This document shows, piece by piece, positions 19,933 to 29,800 of a DNA stretch of 64,000 bases; the first letter of the stretch is position 1; each line of letters opens with the position of its first letter. Made by a program: the position numbers and the translations under genes. The DNA is from a virus (Duplodnaviria > Caudoviricetes): positions 64,001 to 128,000 of IMG/VR virus record IMGVR_UViG_3300021255_000152; one strand, written 5' to 3'. The notes under the pieces were generated by a model. The model was given only the letters and a program-made list of their open reading frames with translations, searched no databases and was not told where the DNA came from.

Positions 19933-20436
19933 TTAATTCGACCAATCATAACCCTCTTCCTTAATTAATTTATCTTCTGTTTGCGCGCAAGTACCAATGC
20001 ATATAGCATCACATTCATCTTGAGTTGCTTTTATGTTATATGTCTCTTGGACCCATAGCTGCGCGTTCTTTTTTTGTTCTGGACGACGTTTTCCTTTTAT
20101 CTGTAATTTTGATTTTCAAGTTACAGAAGGGATAATGATTACTTTCTTATTTAACTCTACAGCAGTCTCATAAACTACACCATAAACATTTGCCAATGTT
20201 TTGAAAGTATGAACGTTGTTTCCAACGGTTGATTGCATTTGTATATCTTCAAAAGCCACAGTATCTATATTTCATTCTGTAAATTTTTGAATCATAAATG
20301 CGCGAATTGCTACTAATCTATCTCCAATATCGTCCTGTTCGGTAGTTAGATGTCCTCAATCTTTAAGCTCCCCATCAATGAAGATTGATCATCCAGACAC
20401 TCTACTTGCCTGATCTAGTGCTAAAATTCTGGTCAT
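19933..20436 (-). CDS. ruvC: RuvC-like Holliday junction resolvase (167 aa; TGA=Trp)
   Basis: Absent from the ORF track (4 TGA). ILALDQASRVSGW, VAFED, P.vTWK, QDECDAICIG. Confidence 0.85.
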
Positions 20437-20680
20437 ATTCCATTACTGCCTCCTCTACTGCATCGTCATATGCCCAAACTCTTTGGGCAAGGCCAGCAGG
20501 GTAGGCATATTTATCTACATATAAATGTACTTCACCAACGATATTTTTAATCTGTTCATTATCTCCATGAGTTAATAATATCTGAGTTAAACCATTGGTG
20601 ATTTTAATATATTCATTATCTTGATCTGTAAGATAATCTGTTTTTCTTACTCTCTTCGCAAGAAATTCATCTAATGTCAT
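20402..20680 (-). CDS. Hypothetical protein
   Basis: Likely start MTLDEFL at 20680, just after dut. Confidence 0.5.
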   Translation of the reverse strand: MTLDEFLAKRVRKTDYLTDQDNEYIKITNGLTQILLTHGDNEQIKNIVGEVHLYVDKYAYPAGLAQRVWAYDDAVEEAVMEYDQNFSTRSGK

Positions 20681-20681
20681 A

Positions 20682-21224
20682 TTAGTTACCTGTGCTGCCG
20701 AAACCGCCTGTACGAGTACCACTTGCCGCATCATCTTCAGTAGTATTATACTTCATGATAATGCCCTGTCCAATCTTATCTCCTGGCTGGAGAATAATAT
20801 CTACTGGAGAAAGATTAATAATCTGGAAGAAAATTTCTCCATCATTGGATTCATTTCCATAATAATCTGCATCAATAATTCCGACTCCATTAGCTAAAAT
20901 AAGCCAATTATTTAATGGAGTAGAACTACGCACGGAAATCTGTAGATATTCATCTGGATCGAGCTTGCATTTAATTCCAGTAGGAACTAATGTTGGTTTC
21001 AAGCCTGTCTGTTTTGTGATATTCTTTAAACTATCTAAACCGTACGGAATTCTCTTAGCCGTGAAATCCTCTAAATCTTCCATTAAATTCCAATATGATG
21101 GAACTAAAATCTGGTCTGAAACCATGAAATCATATCCTGCTGAATTAGCAGTTGCGCGAGTTGGAATTGTTGCCCCAACCTTATCTCCATCGCTTAATCT
21201 CTTTACTACTTCAAATTTAGCCAT
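20682..21224 (-). CDS. dut: dUTPase (trimeric)
   Basis: SAGYDF, RSS, GIIDADYYG, RTGGFGSTG. Confidence 0.95.
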   Translation of the reverse strand: MAKFEVVKRLSDGDKVGATIPTRATANSAGYDFMVSDQILVPSYWNLMEDLEDFTAKRIPYGLDSLKNITKQTGLKPTLVPTGIKCKLDPDEYLQISVRSSTPLNNWLILANGVGIIDADYYGNESNDGEIFFQIINLSPVDIILQPGDKIGQGIIMKYNTTEDDAASGTRTGGFGSTGN

Positions 21225-21235
21225 TTATATTCTCC

Positions 21236-21490
21236 TTAAATATCATAATCTACATCATAATCAACTTTAATATGCTGACTTGGTTCTTTAATATCGTTAA
21301 AATTCTTTGTAAGCTGAACCTTAAAGTAGGAATCAACAACTTCACCCTTAGAAGTCTTTTCTTTATATTCAGAACTATATTTTCCAAGTTCGAACATTGA
21401 AGAAGACTTCGCATCTTCGATTAGCTTTTTAGCTTCATCATCTGTATCTACTCGATATGTTTCAACTGTACTTACTAAAAATTTACTCAT
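21236..21490 (-). CDS. Hypothetical protein
   Basis: Operonic ORF. Confidence 0.65.
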   Translation of the reverse strand: MSKFLVSTVETYRVDTDDEAKKLIEDAKSSSMFELGKYSSEYKEKTSKGEVVDSYFKVQLTKNFNDIKEPSQHIKVDYDVDYDI

Positions 21491-21767
21491 TATTAGGCCC
21501 TTTCTTATCCATATAAATATTCAATATTCTATTACTAAACTTTGTCTTATTAATATCTATAATTTGATTTTTAATATCAACAGAAAATTCAGGATAACCT
21601 ACAAGATGAATTTCGTCAATATTATTTTCATTACTATATCTGGCTAAAAAATTTGCAAGATTTTCCATGGGAATTTTTGCCACAACTCTCAAGCCAGAAT
21701 CACCATCTTTTACATAAACCATTTGGTCATATGCAAAGAGATCTACTTTACAATAAATTACTGACAT
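21483..21767 (-). CDS. Hypothetical protein
   Basis: Operonic ORF; apparent paralog of 22591..22830. Confidence 0.65.
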   Translation of the reverse strand: MSVIYCKVDLFAYDQMVYVKDGDSGLRVVAKIPMENLANFLARYSNENNIDEIHLVGYPEFSVDIKNQIIDINKTKFSNRILNIYMDKKGPNNE

Positions 21768-22252
21768 TCTATTACTCCTTCTTCATATGGGAACAGATAA
21801 TATACATGAGAATCGTTATCATGAGTAATCCAGCATTCAAACGAACCATTATCTAATAATTCGATTGATTTAACCTGACCTCTACTCTTTAAACAATCCA
21901 TAACTTCTACACCAAATGGCAATTTATGATATTGTCTAGTGACAAACATTGTGTAATAACGTTCATCATTACTTAAAAGCATATAATATTGCTTGTTTGT
22001 CTCTTCACGCCACTTAGTAAATTCATCAGTCTTGGCACTAAGTTCTTCTTCAGAGCATTCTGGAAGACCTGTAATTGCAGCCTGATTGATTTCATATAAT
22101 GTAGTATTAACTCCTTTTGGAGATACATAACTTTGCCAGTTACTTCCATCCCATTTGTACATAACCCTGGTATCTTCAACCAAGGCCAGTTCATTAATCT
22201 TATTATTTTCTTTAAGTTTCCTTAAAGTTTTAATATCCTTAACTCTTAGCAT
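21758..22252 (-). CDS. Hypothetical protein
   Basis: Operonic ORF. YYMLLSNDERYYTMF..YYLFPYE.GVI. Confidence 0.65.
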   Translation of the reverse strand: MLRVKDIKTLRKLKENNKINELALVEDTRVMYKWDGSNWQSYVSPKGVNTTLYEINQAAITGLPECSEEELSAKTDEFTKWREETNKQYYMLLSNDERYYTMFVTRQYHKLPFGVEVMDCLKSRGQVKSIELLDNGSFECWITHDNDSHVYYLFPYEEGVIECQ

Positions 22253-22255
22253 ATA

Positions 22256-22537
22256 TTATCTCCTGCGGTACTTATATGCGTTTTTCCAACCATTCCATTT
22301 CTGAATTAGAGGAATTACATTATCTAGCGGAATTTCAAAAGTAAATTGCACTATTTGTTTCTGATTTATTTGGTCTGTCATGAGACTCATACTTGTATTG
22401 CAACCTTTTGGAATCTCTAGTGCTTTATTAAACAACGACAAAATAGTGGCTAATTTTTCTCTTCTAATTGGAGTCATAAGCCTATTATTCATTTTCTGAT
22501 TCATTACTTCTCTGATTTGTTCTGTATTACTTTTCAT
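22256..22537 (-). CDS. Hypothetical protein
   Basis: ORF behind TGATATAAT promoter. Confidence 0.55.
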   Translation of the reverse strand: MKSNTEQIREVMNQKMNNRLMTPIRREKLATILSLFNKALEIPKGCNTSMSLMTDQINQKQIVQFTFEIPLDNVIPLIQKWNGWKNAYKYRRR

Positions 22538-22590
22538 ATATTTATTATATCATAAAAAATAAAAAAAGGCAAGAATTAAAAATTCTTGCC

Positions 22591-22830
22591 TTAAATTGCT
22601 TCTAATACAATGTTTGAGTTTTGATACATTGTTTTGAACTTATAAATAAGTTCTAAAGATTCAAAATAAGAACCTTCAATGAAGATTTTTTTATATCCTG
22701 TTTTTTCGCAAAGTCCATGCATATAAACAGGAAGTTCGTCAAAAGGAACCCAATACTCCTCGTTTGAAAAATTATTTCTAATCATTTGTTTGGTAGAGTA
22801 TGGGTCAATATAACAAGTAAAGTTTTCCAT
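22591..22830 (-). CDS. Hypothetical protein
   Basis: ORF with AAGGAG RBS. Confidence 0.6.
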   Translation of the reverse strand: MENFTCYIDPYSTKQMIRNNFSNEEYWVPFDELPVYMHGLCEKTGYKKIFIEGSYFESLELIYKFKTMYQNSNIVLEAI

Positions 22831-22850
22831 AAAAACCTATCTCTCTCCTT

Positions 22851-23411
22851 TTAATTCAATAAAAATTCTACCAATTTAGCTCCTAAAATATTACCAATTA
22901 TTACGAGGCAAAATTTACCAAGTGGAATTAATCCAGGAGCGTACCATAAGTTTGCCATATCAGCGATACAGTGTTCTGCACCGACTAAGATAAATACCAT
23001 AATGCAAAGTATAGTAATTATTTTACTTGTCTTTGCTCGGGTTGCGGTATGGATTAACATTCCGCACACTGTTCCCATCGCCAACATTTGATACCAGGGT
23101 TTGGCAAATTTAGCTATTGAAGCTTGCTGTAAAGTAGAAACATAATTTGGATTAGTGCTAAATAAGAATATCGTAATTAACATTCCAATAGCATTTCCAA
23201 TATAAATTATGGTTAATGTTTTTGGTGAAAAGGTTGAAAATCCAACTTTTCCAGTGTATAGATTTAATTGTAATTCAAAGACAGCTAATAAACCTAAACT
23301 AAATAAGAAAGCCCCTAAATATGGATTTTCTACCAATGTCTTAGCTGCAACGCCAAGGCCAATCATAATACCAGCTAGAATTGCTTTTTTAAACATTTTA
23401 CTATCAATCAT
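22851..23411 (-). CDS. Formate/nitrite transporter (FNT) family channel
   Basis: AILAGIMIGLG, LYTG, GNAIG, FILVGAEHCIADM, GNILG. Multiple TM segments. Confidence 0.8.
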   Translation of the reverse strand: MIDSKMFKKAILAGIMIGLGVAAKTLVENPYLGAFLFSLGLLAVFELQLNLYTGKVGFSTFSPKTLTIIYIGNAIGMLITIFLFSTNPNYVSTLQQASIAKFAKPWYQMLAMGTVCGMLIHTATRAKTSKIITILCIMVFILVGAEHCIADMANLWYAPGLIPLGKFCLVIIGNILGAKLVEFLLN

Positions 23412-23899
23412 TAAAAGTCTATTCCTTTTTTCCTTATTTTTTGATTTCTACTACCTCTTAATTTAAGAGTAATATCTCTTTGTTCTTCTATATACGGACC
23501 ATCTATAAGAACATCTATTTTATCAAGAATTGCTCTAGCTTCTCTGGCAAAGGAATATTCTTTTAATTCTTCTAACGTATATCCAGTCCAAAGAAATATT
23601 TTAATATCCGGAAACATATCTCTAATATAACATACTATAGTTTCAGTTTGATAAATATTTTCTGGACAAAGAGGTTCTCCACCTAATATACTAAAATTGC
23701 GTTGAATACCGTTTGCGCGAATAGCTTCTTTGACTTGTTTTAATAGGTCCCAAGGTTGTTCTAATCCGCCATCAAAATCCCAAGTTTCTGGATTATGACA
23801 TCCTGGGCAATGATGAGGACAGCCCTGTACCCAATAAGACACGCATACGCCTTCTCCATTTGCTATATCATTTTTTATTAATCCAGCATATTTTCTCAT
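23411..23899 (-). CDS. nrdG: Anaerobic ribonucleotide reductase activase
   Basis: NGEGV.VS..QGCPHHCPGCHNPETW, LGGEP, LRGSRNQ. Confidence 0.95.
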   Translation of the reverse strand: MRKYAGLIKNDIANGEGVCVSYWVQGCPHHCPGCHNPETWDFDGGLEQPWDLLKQVKEAIRANGIQRNFSILGGEPLCPENIYQTETIVCYIRDMFPDIKIFLWTGYTLEELKEYSFAREARAILDKIDVLIDGPYIEEQRDITLKLRGSRNQKIRKKGIDF

Positions 23900-26178
23900 T
23901 ATCGTTTCCAACTATCAATATCTTTTGAATGCTTAAAGCGCATTTCTACTTCCTGTTGTTTTCCTTTGTTAAATGCGGTTGTATAGTTTCCTGTTAGATA
24001 ACCTGTTACTCGACGAAGACGCTGAATATTGTGTCCTCCGCACATAGGACAGGTATCATTCATATCATCTGTATATCCGCAATCTAAACATGTATCATTT
24101 GGTACATTGATTGCAAAATATGGAATATCTTTATCCATCGCATAATTTACAATAGTTTCAAGTGCTTCCAAGTTATTCTTGGCACTTGATTCCAATTCAA
24201 CATATGTAATGCATCCAGCATTTGAATATCCAGTTAATTGAGATTCAATATCAATTTTTGTAAATGGATCCATATCGACCCAAACTGGAACATGAATACT
24301 ATTTGTGAAGAATTCATTTTCAGAAACATCTCGAATAACTCCATATTTTTCCTTGAACTTCTGCATTGCTGTGTAGCAAAGGTTCTCAGCAGGTGTGTAA
24401 TAAACACCAAAGTTTAAATGTTCTTCTTGTTTAAATTCTGCACAACGATCCTTAAATAATTGTTCAATGCGTTTAGCTACTTCCATACCTCTTGGATCAG
24501 TATGATCACAGCCAATAAGAATCTGAAGTGTTTCTGCAAGACCAAGCTGACCAATTACAAGTGTGCCATGTTTGAGCGCACTTCTAATGCCTTCTTCTGG
24601 ATGATAGCCAAGCATTGTGCCATTTTCATACATGAACTTAGCTGAATCTGGAGATTGCGCGCACATCCATTCATAACGCTCTTTAAGCATATCTCTTGCT
24701 TCATGAAGTTTAATATCTAATAAATCCAAAAACTCTTCAACAATATCATATGCAGATTCTTCACTATTAGATAATTTAGCGTATGTTTCAATCTTCTCTT
24801 TTGTCATCATAGCAAGAGTTGGCAAAATAATTGTTACAGGAGCAAGATTTCCACGGCCATCCTTTGTTTGCGGATTTGTTCCAGGTTCTGCATTAATATC
24901 AGCACCATTATATGTGCGGCAACCCATTGTGGATACGTATGTATTAGGGTCATTTCTATCATAACCTGCGTTTGTACTCCAATCTACATTAACATAGTTT
25001 GGATATAATCTCTGCGCAGTTGATTTAAGTGCAAGCTGGAATAAATCATAATTAGGCTCTCCTGGCTTACGATTTACACCTTTCATGCATTGGAAGATAC
25101 CACAAGGGAAAATTGAAGTTTTATGTAATCTACCAAGACCTTCAATAGAAACATTGAGAATTTCTTCAGTAACCATTCTTCCTTCTAGAAGAGTGCATGT
25201 ACCATAGTTAATAGATGTGAATGGGAGCTGATTTCCACTACGCGATTGAAGAGTATTTAAATTATGGTACATACCTTCAACTGCTTGATGAATTTCACGC
25301 CATGTCATATCCATAGCATAGTCATAAGCATTTGGACAATTTAAGTCTTTATAGAAATCACCATCAATGGCTATATCTTTAGCATCTACATCATCAGAAA
25401 GAGCATCAATTATTTTTCCTTCGATATAATGCACTCCATCTTTAAAGTGTTTATAGAAACTTTTTCTAACATAAGGAACCATTGTCCAGTCAATATGACT
25501 TGCACTAACGCCTCCAAATTGCTGTAAAGACTGAAGCTGGAAAATTACGGCAACCAACTGGAAAGCAGTATTTACAGAATTAGCTGGGCGCACATCACTC
25601 TGACGAGTATTAAATCCTTCTGCTAATAACTTGTCAAATGGAATAGTTAAACAATTATGCATTCCAACAGCATATGAATCTAAATCGTGAATATAAATTT
25701 CATTGTTTAAGTGGTTGTTGCGAGACATTTCAGACATGCAATAATCAAGCGCAAATTTTTTAGTTAATGCTCTACTGGCTTCTCCTACTCGTCCTCCAAA
25801 AGAATGTTCATCAACATTAGCGTTTTGATTCTGAACATCGCTTGCATCAAGTTTTCTAGCAACTTCTTTCATGAAGGTTGTGTTGTGTTCGCGCACACGC
25901 TGACGCTCGTAGCGATAGTGCATATAGGAACGTGCAACGTCTTTGCGGCGACAACTCATTAAGCCATTTTCAACCAAATCTTGAATATCTTCTACATTCA
26001 ATGTTTTTTCAGATGCCTTAACTTTGTCTTCTACATAATCTGCGATATTCTTTGCTTTTTGTTCTGCGTACTCTGTGACTTCTCCATCAACATCTAAGAA
26101 AGCAGACAAGATTGCCTGCTCAATTTTCATTGGGTTAAAGCCTTGAATAGTACCGTCTCGTTTTTCAATAAATAACAT
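23899..26178 (-). CDS. nrdD: Class III anaerobic ribonucleoside-triphosphate reductase
   Basis: ATP cone, TPAENLC, CLDCG..CPMCG, RRVTGYL. Confidence 0.97.
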   Translation of the reverse strand: MLFIEKRDGTIQGFNPMKIEQAILSAFLDVDGEVTEYAEQKAKNIADYVEDKVKASEKTLNVEDIQDLVENGLMSCRRKDVARSYMHYRYERQRVREHNTTFMKEVARKLDASDVQNQNANVDEHSFGGRVGEASRALTKKFALDYCMSEMSRNNHLNNEIYIHDLDSYAVGMHNCLTIPFDKLLAEGFNTRQSDVRPANSVNTAFQLVAVIFQLQSLQQFGGVSASHIDWTMVPYVRKSFYKHFKDGVHYIEGKIIDALSDDVDAKDIAIDGDFYKDLNCPNAYDYAMDMTWREIHQAVEGMYHNLNTLQSRSGNQLPFTSINYGTCTLLEGRMVTEEILNVSIEGLGRLHKTSIFPCGIFQCMKGVNRKPGEPNYDLFQLALKSTAQRLYPNYVNVDWSTNAGYDRNDPNTYVSTMGCRTYNGADINAEPGTNPQTKDGRGNLAPVTIILPTLAMMTKEKIETYAKLSNSEESAYDIVEEFLDLLDIKLHEARDMLKERYEWMCAQSPDSAKFMYENGTMLGYHPEEGIRSALKHGTLVIGQLGLAETLQILIGCDHTDPRGMEVAKRIEQLFKDRCAEFKQEEHLNFGVYYTPAENLCYTAMQKFKEKYGVIRDVSENEFFTNSIHVPVWVDMDPFTKIDIESQLTGYSNAGCITYVELESSAKNNLEALETIVNYAMDKDIPYFAINVPNDTCLDCGYTDDMNDTCPMCGGHNIQRLRRVTGYLTGNYTTAFNKGKQQEVEMRFKHSKDIDSWKR

Positions 26179-26236
26179 TTCGTTTTCCTCCTAAGTAGTT
26201 AAAATATTTCTAGGAATCGTAGCGATTCAGTATTAT

Positions 26237-26833
26237 TTAATTTTCATTTTTGATATATTCTCTTTTTTCGGCCTCTTTAATAAATTGAACTATTTCATAA
26301 ACAGTTTCAATTCCATTTTGTGAGTTATCCACACAGAAACGATCTTCTGGCGGTAGCATCTGTAAGCTATAATGAATTCCTGCAAAATCTGCTTCATCAG
26401 TCTCATATCTTCGGAAAATTTCTTTAATATCGGGATTTTCTTCTCTTTGTAATTGACGAATTAAACGAACTTTATCATTGGCCAATAGATAAATAACACG
26501 TACTCTATCTACTTCGCTTTCTATAAGGTCATATAATCCGTCCGGATTAAATACACCAATATTAATTTTTTCTTCACTTAAATCTTCATATCGAGTACCA
26601 TACCACCATCCATTAAATGATTGATATTCAAGGAATTTATCATGATTGTTCTTAAAATATTCAGGCGAGACAAAATGATAATCCTTGCCCTCAACCTCGC
26701 CCTCACGAGGAGGGCGAGAAGTGCAAGATACAATACCATGAGCGTCTATATTTTTTAAAACCTTTTTTAAAATGTAATCTTTTCCGCTGCCAGCTTTGCC
26801 GATAATCGCATATACTCTAATCATCTTCGTCAT
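26237..26833 (-). CDS. gmk: Guanylate kinase-like
   Basis: GKAGSGKD, SCTSRPPREGEVEGKDYHFVS, WYGT. Start uncertain (26833 or 26824). Confidence 0.85.
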   Translation of the reverse strand: MTKMIRVYAIIGKAGSGKDYILKKVLKNIDAHGIVSCTSRPPREGEVEGKDYHFVSPEYFKNNHDKFLEYQSFNGWWYGTRYEDLSEEKINIGVFNPDGLYDLIESEVDRVRVIYLLANDKVRLIRQLQREENPDIKEIFRRYETDEADFAGIHYSLQMLPPEDRFCVDNSQNGIETVYEIVQFIKEAEKREYIKNEN

Positions 26834-29800
26834 ATTCTCCTTGCGCTCTTGTCGTTTGTAATGTAATATCTCCATTAGGGAAGATTTCAGCTATTTTATA
26901 TAATTGATGTCCTTGACTATTACTATATTTACGAGGAATGAATGTATCACCATTTCTGATTCCCTGAACAACAATCATATTTCCTCTATTAAACCAGCTC
27001 TTTTCAATAACATGTTTAACACCGTCACTGCCAAGAGCAGAAATCTGTTTGTCAAATAAAGCAAAATATTCTTTTCTAAATTTAACATCCACAACCCCAT
27101 TAGTGGTTAATAGAGTTACTGTTGAACGCACCTTATCTTTAGCAATGCATGTGCCGCAAATGCGCGCAAGCTGAAATCTATTAATGGTATGACCAGTTTT
27201 AGTTCTATAAGTTTCAACTACTACTGGTTCTTCTGGAATATCATTGAAGTTTTGATAACCATACTTCTTCATATTTAAATGTGCTAATTCATGCTCATGA
27301 TAGTAGAAGCACAATACTTCCATTTCCCAAGCAGAAAGCGTACCTGACGCATATTTTTCCCAATCGTCTTTAAAGATAATATCATTTAAATTTTGCAATG
27401 CTATATCTTTGTTTGCGGTAATCCAAGAACGAAGTGTATCCATATATGTCTGATAAACTTTGTCCCACTTTTTTGCATCAAGAGTTAAATCATTTTCAAT
27501 TAAATCTTCTCTTTCAATTTTTGTGAGGAAATTTATCGCACGATCTGTGAGTCGATAAACTGTTTTCTGCGGTGTGGCGCAAATCTTTTTTAAGTAGCGT
27601 GTAAATTCATATACACTACGAGCCTTTTTAATACTAGGATTATCTTCTGGAAGAATCTTATACTTAATAAGACTGTTCATATTTTGAAGCGTTAATCTCT
27701 GCTTTTTATCGCAGGTTTCCCAAATATACCAAGCCATGAGTTCTTTACGATCCATCATATTATCAAAGGCGCCGCCCTTAATAAGACTGATCATTGCTTG
27801 TTTATTTGGATGAACTTTCATCAAAAACTCTTTGGGTGATTTATATGGACGATTTGCTATTGCAGCATCAATAACATCGTCGCCAACGTTAAGCATACTC
27901 TTTAAGCCGAATAGAATCTGATTGTTCTCAATATCTGGTTCAAATCCAAGAGCAGAACGATTAATATCAACAAGGCTAACTTTAATACCCTCATTCATAA
28001 TATCGCCTAATGCCTTAGCCATTTTAACGTAGTTAGTAGAACCACCACCAACAGAACCACTATTTACAGTAAGACAAGCAGTGTTCCAATAAATCGGATT
28101 AAAATGCGTGCCAATATATGCGGTTTGGAAACCGATGAATGAATATGCTAATGCATGAATAATGGAGAATGAATAACCCATCTGCGGGCCAGCACCATAT
28201 TGCCATACATAGCGTCCCAGTGCTTCACTCTTCGCTTGCTTATAAACCTTTTCGCGTAACTCAGGAATCTTAGACATTTGTTTCTTACCAACGATCTTAC
28301 GTGCAGAGTTGGCTTCACCAAGAGTAAATCCGCAAATATTGGGATCCATAAGCATAGTCATTAACTGCTCCTGGCTTGGTGGAACTCCATAAGAAGATAA
28401 GAAGTATGGTTCAAGTGTTTTCTGTTCTTCTGGGCTTAATCCAGCTTTACGCATTTCATCGTACCAAAGACTAATGTCCTTTTTATAGCGAACATATTTA
28501 TCCATCGGCGTTTCAGCACCTTTTTCGGCAGTCATGAGTCGCATGAGGCCGTTTGCGTCTGCCAACTCAAGAATAGTTTTTGGTTGGATTTTCTTTGCGG
28601 CCTGTGCGCCAACCATAGAATCGAACTGGAAAATATTAATTACAGTTCCGTTTTCAATGGCATCCCAAGCTTTCTTGTCATCAAGAGGAAGAACCTCTGG
28701 GTGGAAGTATTTATCATATACTTGGCGTAAAGTTAAATCAGATTCAATCTCTCCATTTTCTTGGAGCAATCTAATTGTTTCGACAAGTTTATCTTGCACA
28801 TCAGTAACAAGGAAGTCAAATTTAGTCATGCCCATAGATTCGCACATATGGAGATCAAACTGTGTAATTACATCTCCTCCTGGTGTTTTCATAAAGGCGC
28901 CAAATTCATATGGGTCTTCGTCAAAGAAGATAACACCAGAAGCGTGAGAACCTCTTTGTTTAATAAGGCCCTGAATACCAAGCATAATATCAATTAAACC
29001 TGGATAGTTTTCAACTTCATTTATAAATTGAATAATAGGCTGTCTTTCTTTCTCAACGTTGCCATACATAACATCTTCGAGAGGCCAAATAAAGCCTCGT
29101 TCAGAAGGCACAAGAGAAGAAAGATACTGTGCTTGATCAACATCAATTCCATTAGGGAAATCTTCAGAACGATAACCTCTACAAGCTGTAAGAATTGCGC
29201 TTTTAGTTGATTCTGTGCCGTAAGTGGCGATAAGGGTGCATCCAAGATTTCGACGTGCCAAATCATCAACATCAGCATTAAAATTCTGACCACGCTCTTC
29301 TTTAATCTTCTCAATAATCATTGGACGTTTAGAAGGACATAGGTCAATATCAATATCTCCTAACTCAATACGTTCTTTATTGAGATAACGGAAGAATGGA
29401 AGATTCCATTGAATTGGGTCAAGCTGTGTAACACCTAAAAGGTAATGATTCAATCCTGAACAAGATGAACCACGACCTGCGCCAACCATGCTGCCGCAAT
29501 CCCAGAACATATTGATATAATGTTGAAGGGTTACAGGATAACAGAACATATTAGTTTCAAGTTTTTCACCAATGGTTCTTTTAATATCTGCTTCTTCCTC
29601 AAGGCGCGCAAGATATGTAGGAGTATTTTTATTAAGTTCGTTTAACTTCTTAATACATGTATTTACCCAATATCTTTCATAAATATCATCAGAAATATAC
29701 ATAGATGAAAGAGTAGGATAATTATTTTCAAAGAAATCTCCTTGTCTGCTAACAGGTTTAGGATAATCTTTAACTTTTACTCTTGGAATTTGCTGTTTAT

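Noticed and set aside
2-20436. Fragmented ORFs as pseudogenes of a decaying prophage, or as sequencing errors
   Set aside because: Every interruption I traced is an in-frame TGA with no frameshift, often at a conserved Trp, and a cognate tRNA(UCA) is present.
23411-23899. NrdG as a fourth member of the radical-SAM modification cluster
   Set aside because: It is a standard glycyl-radical activase coupled to nrdD.
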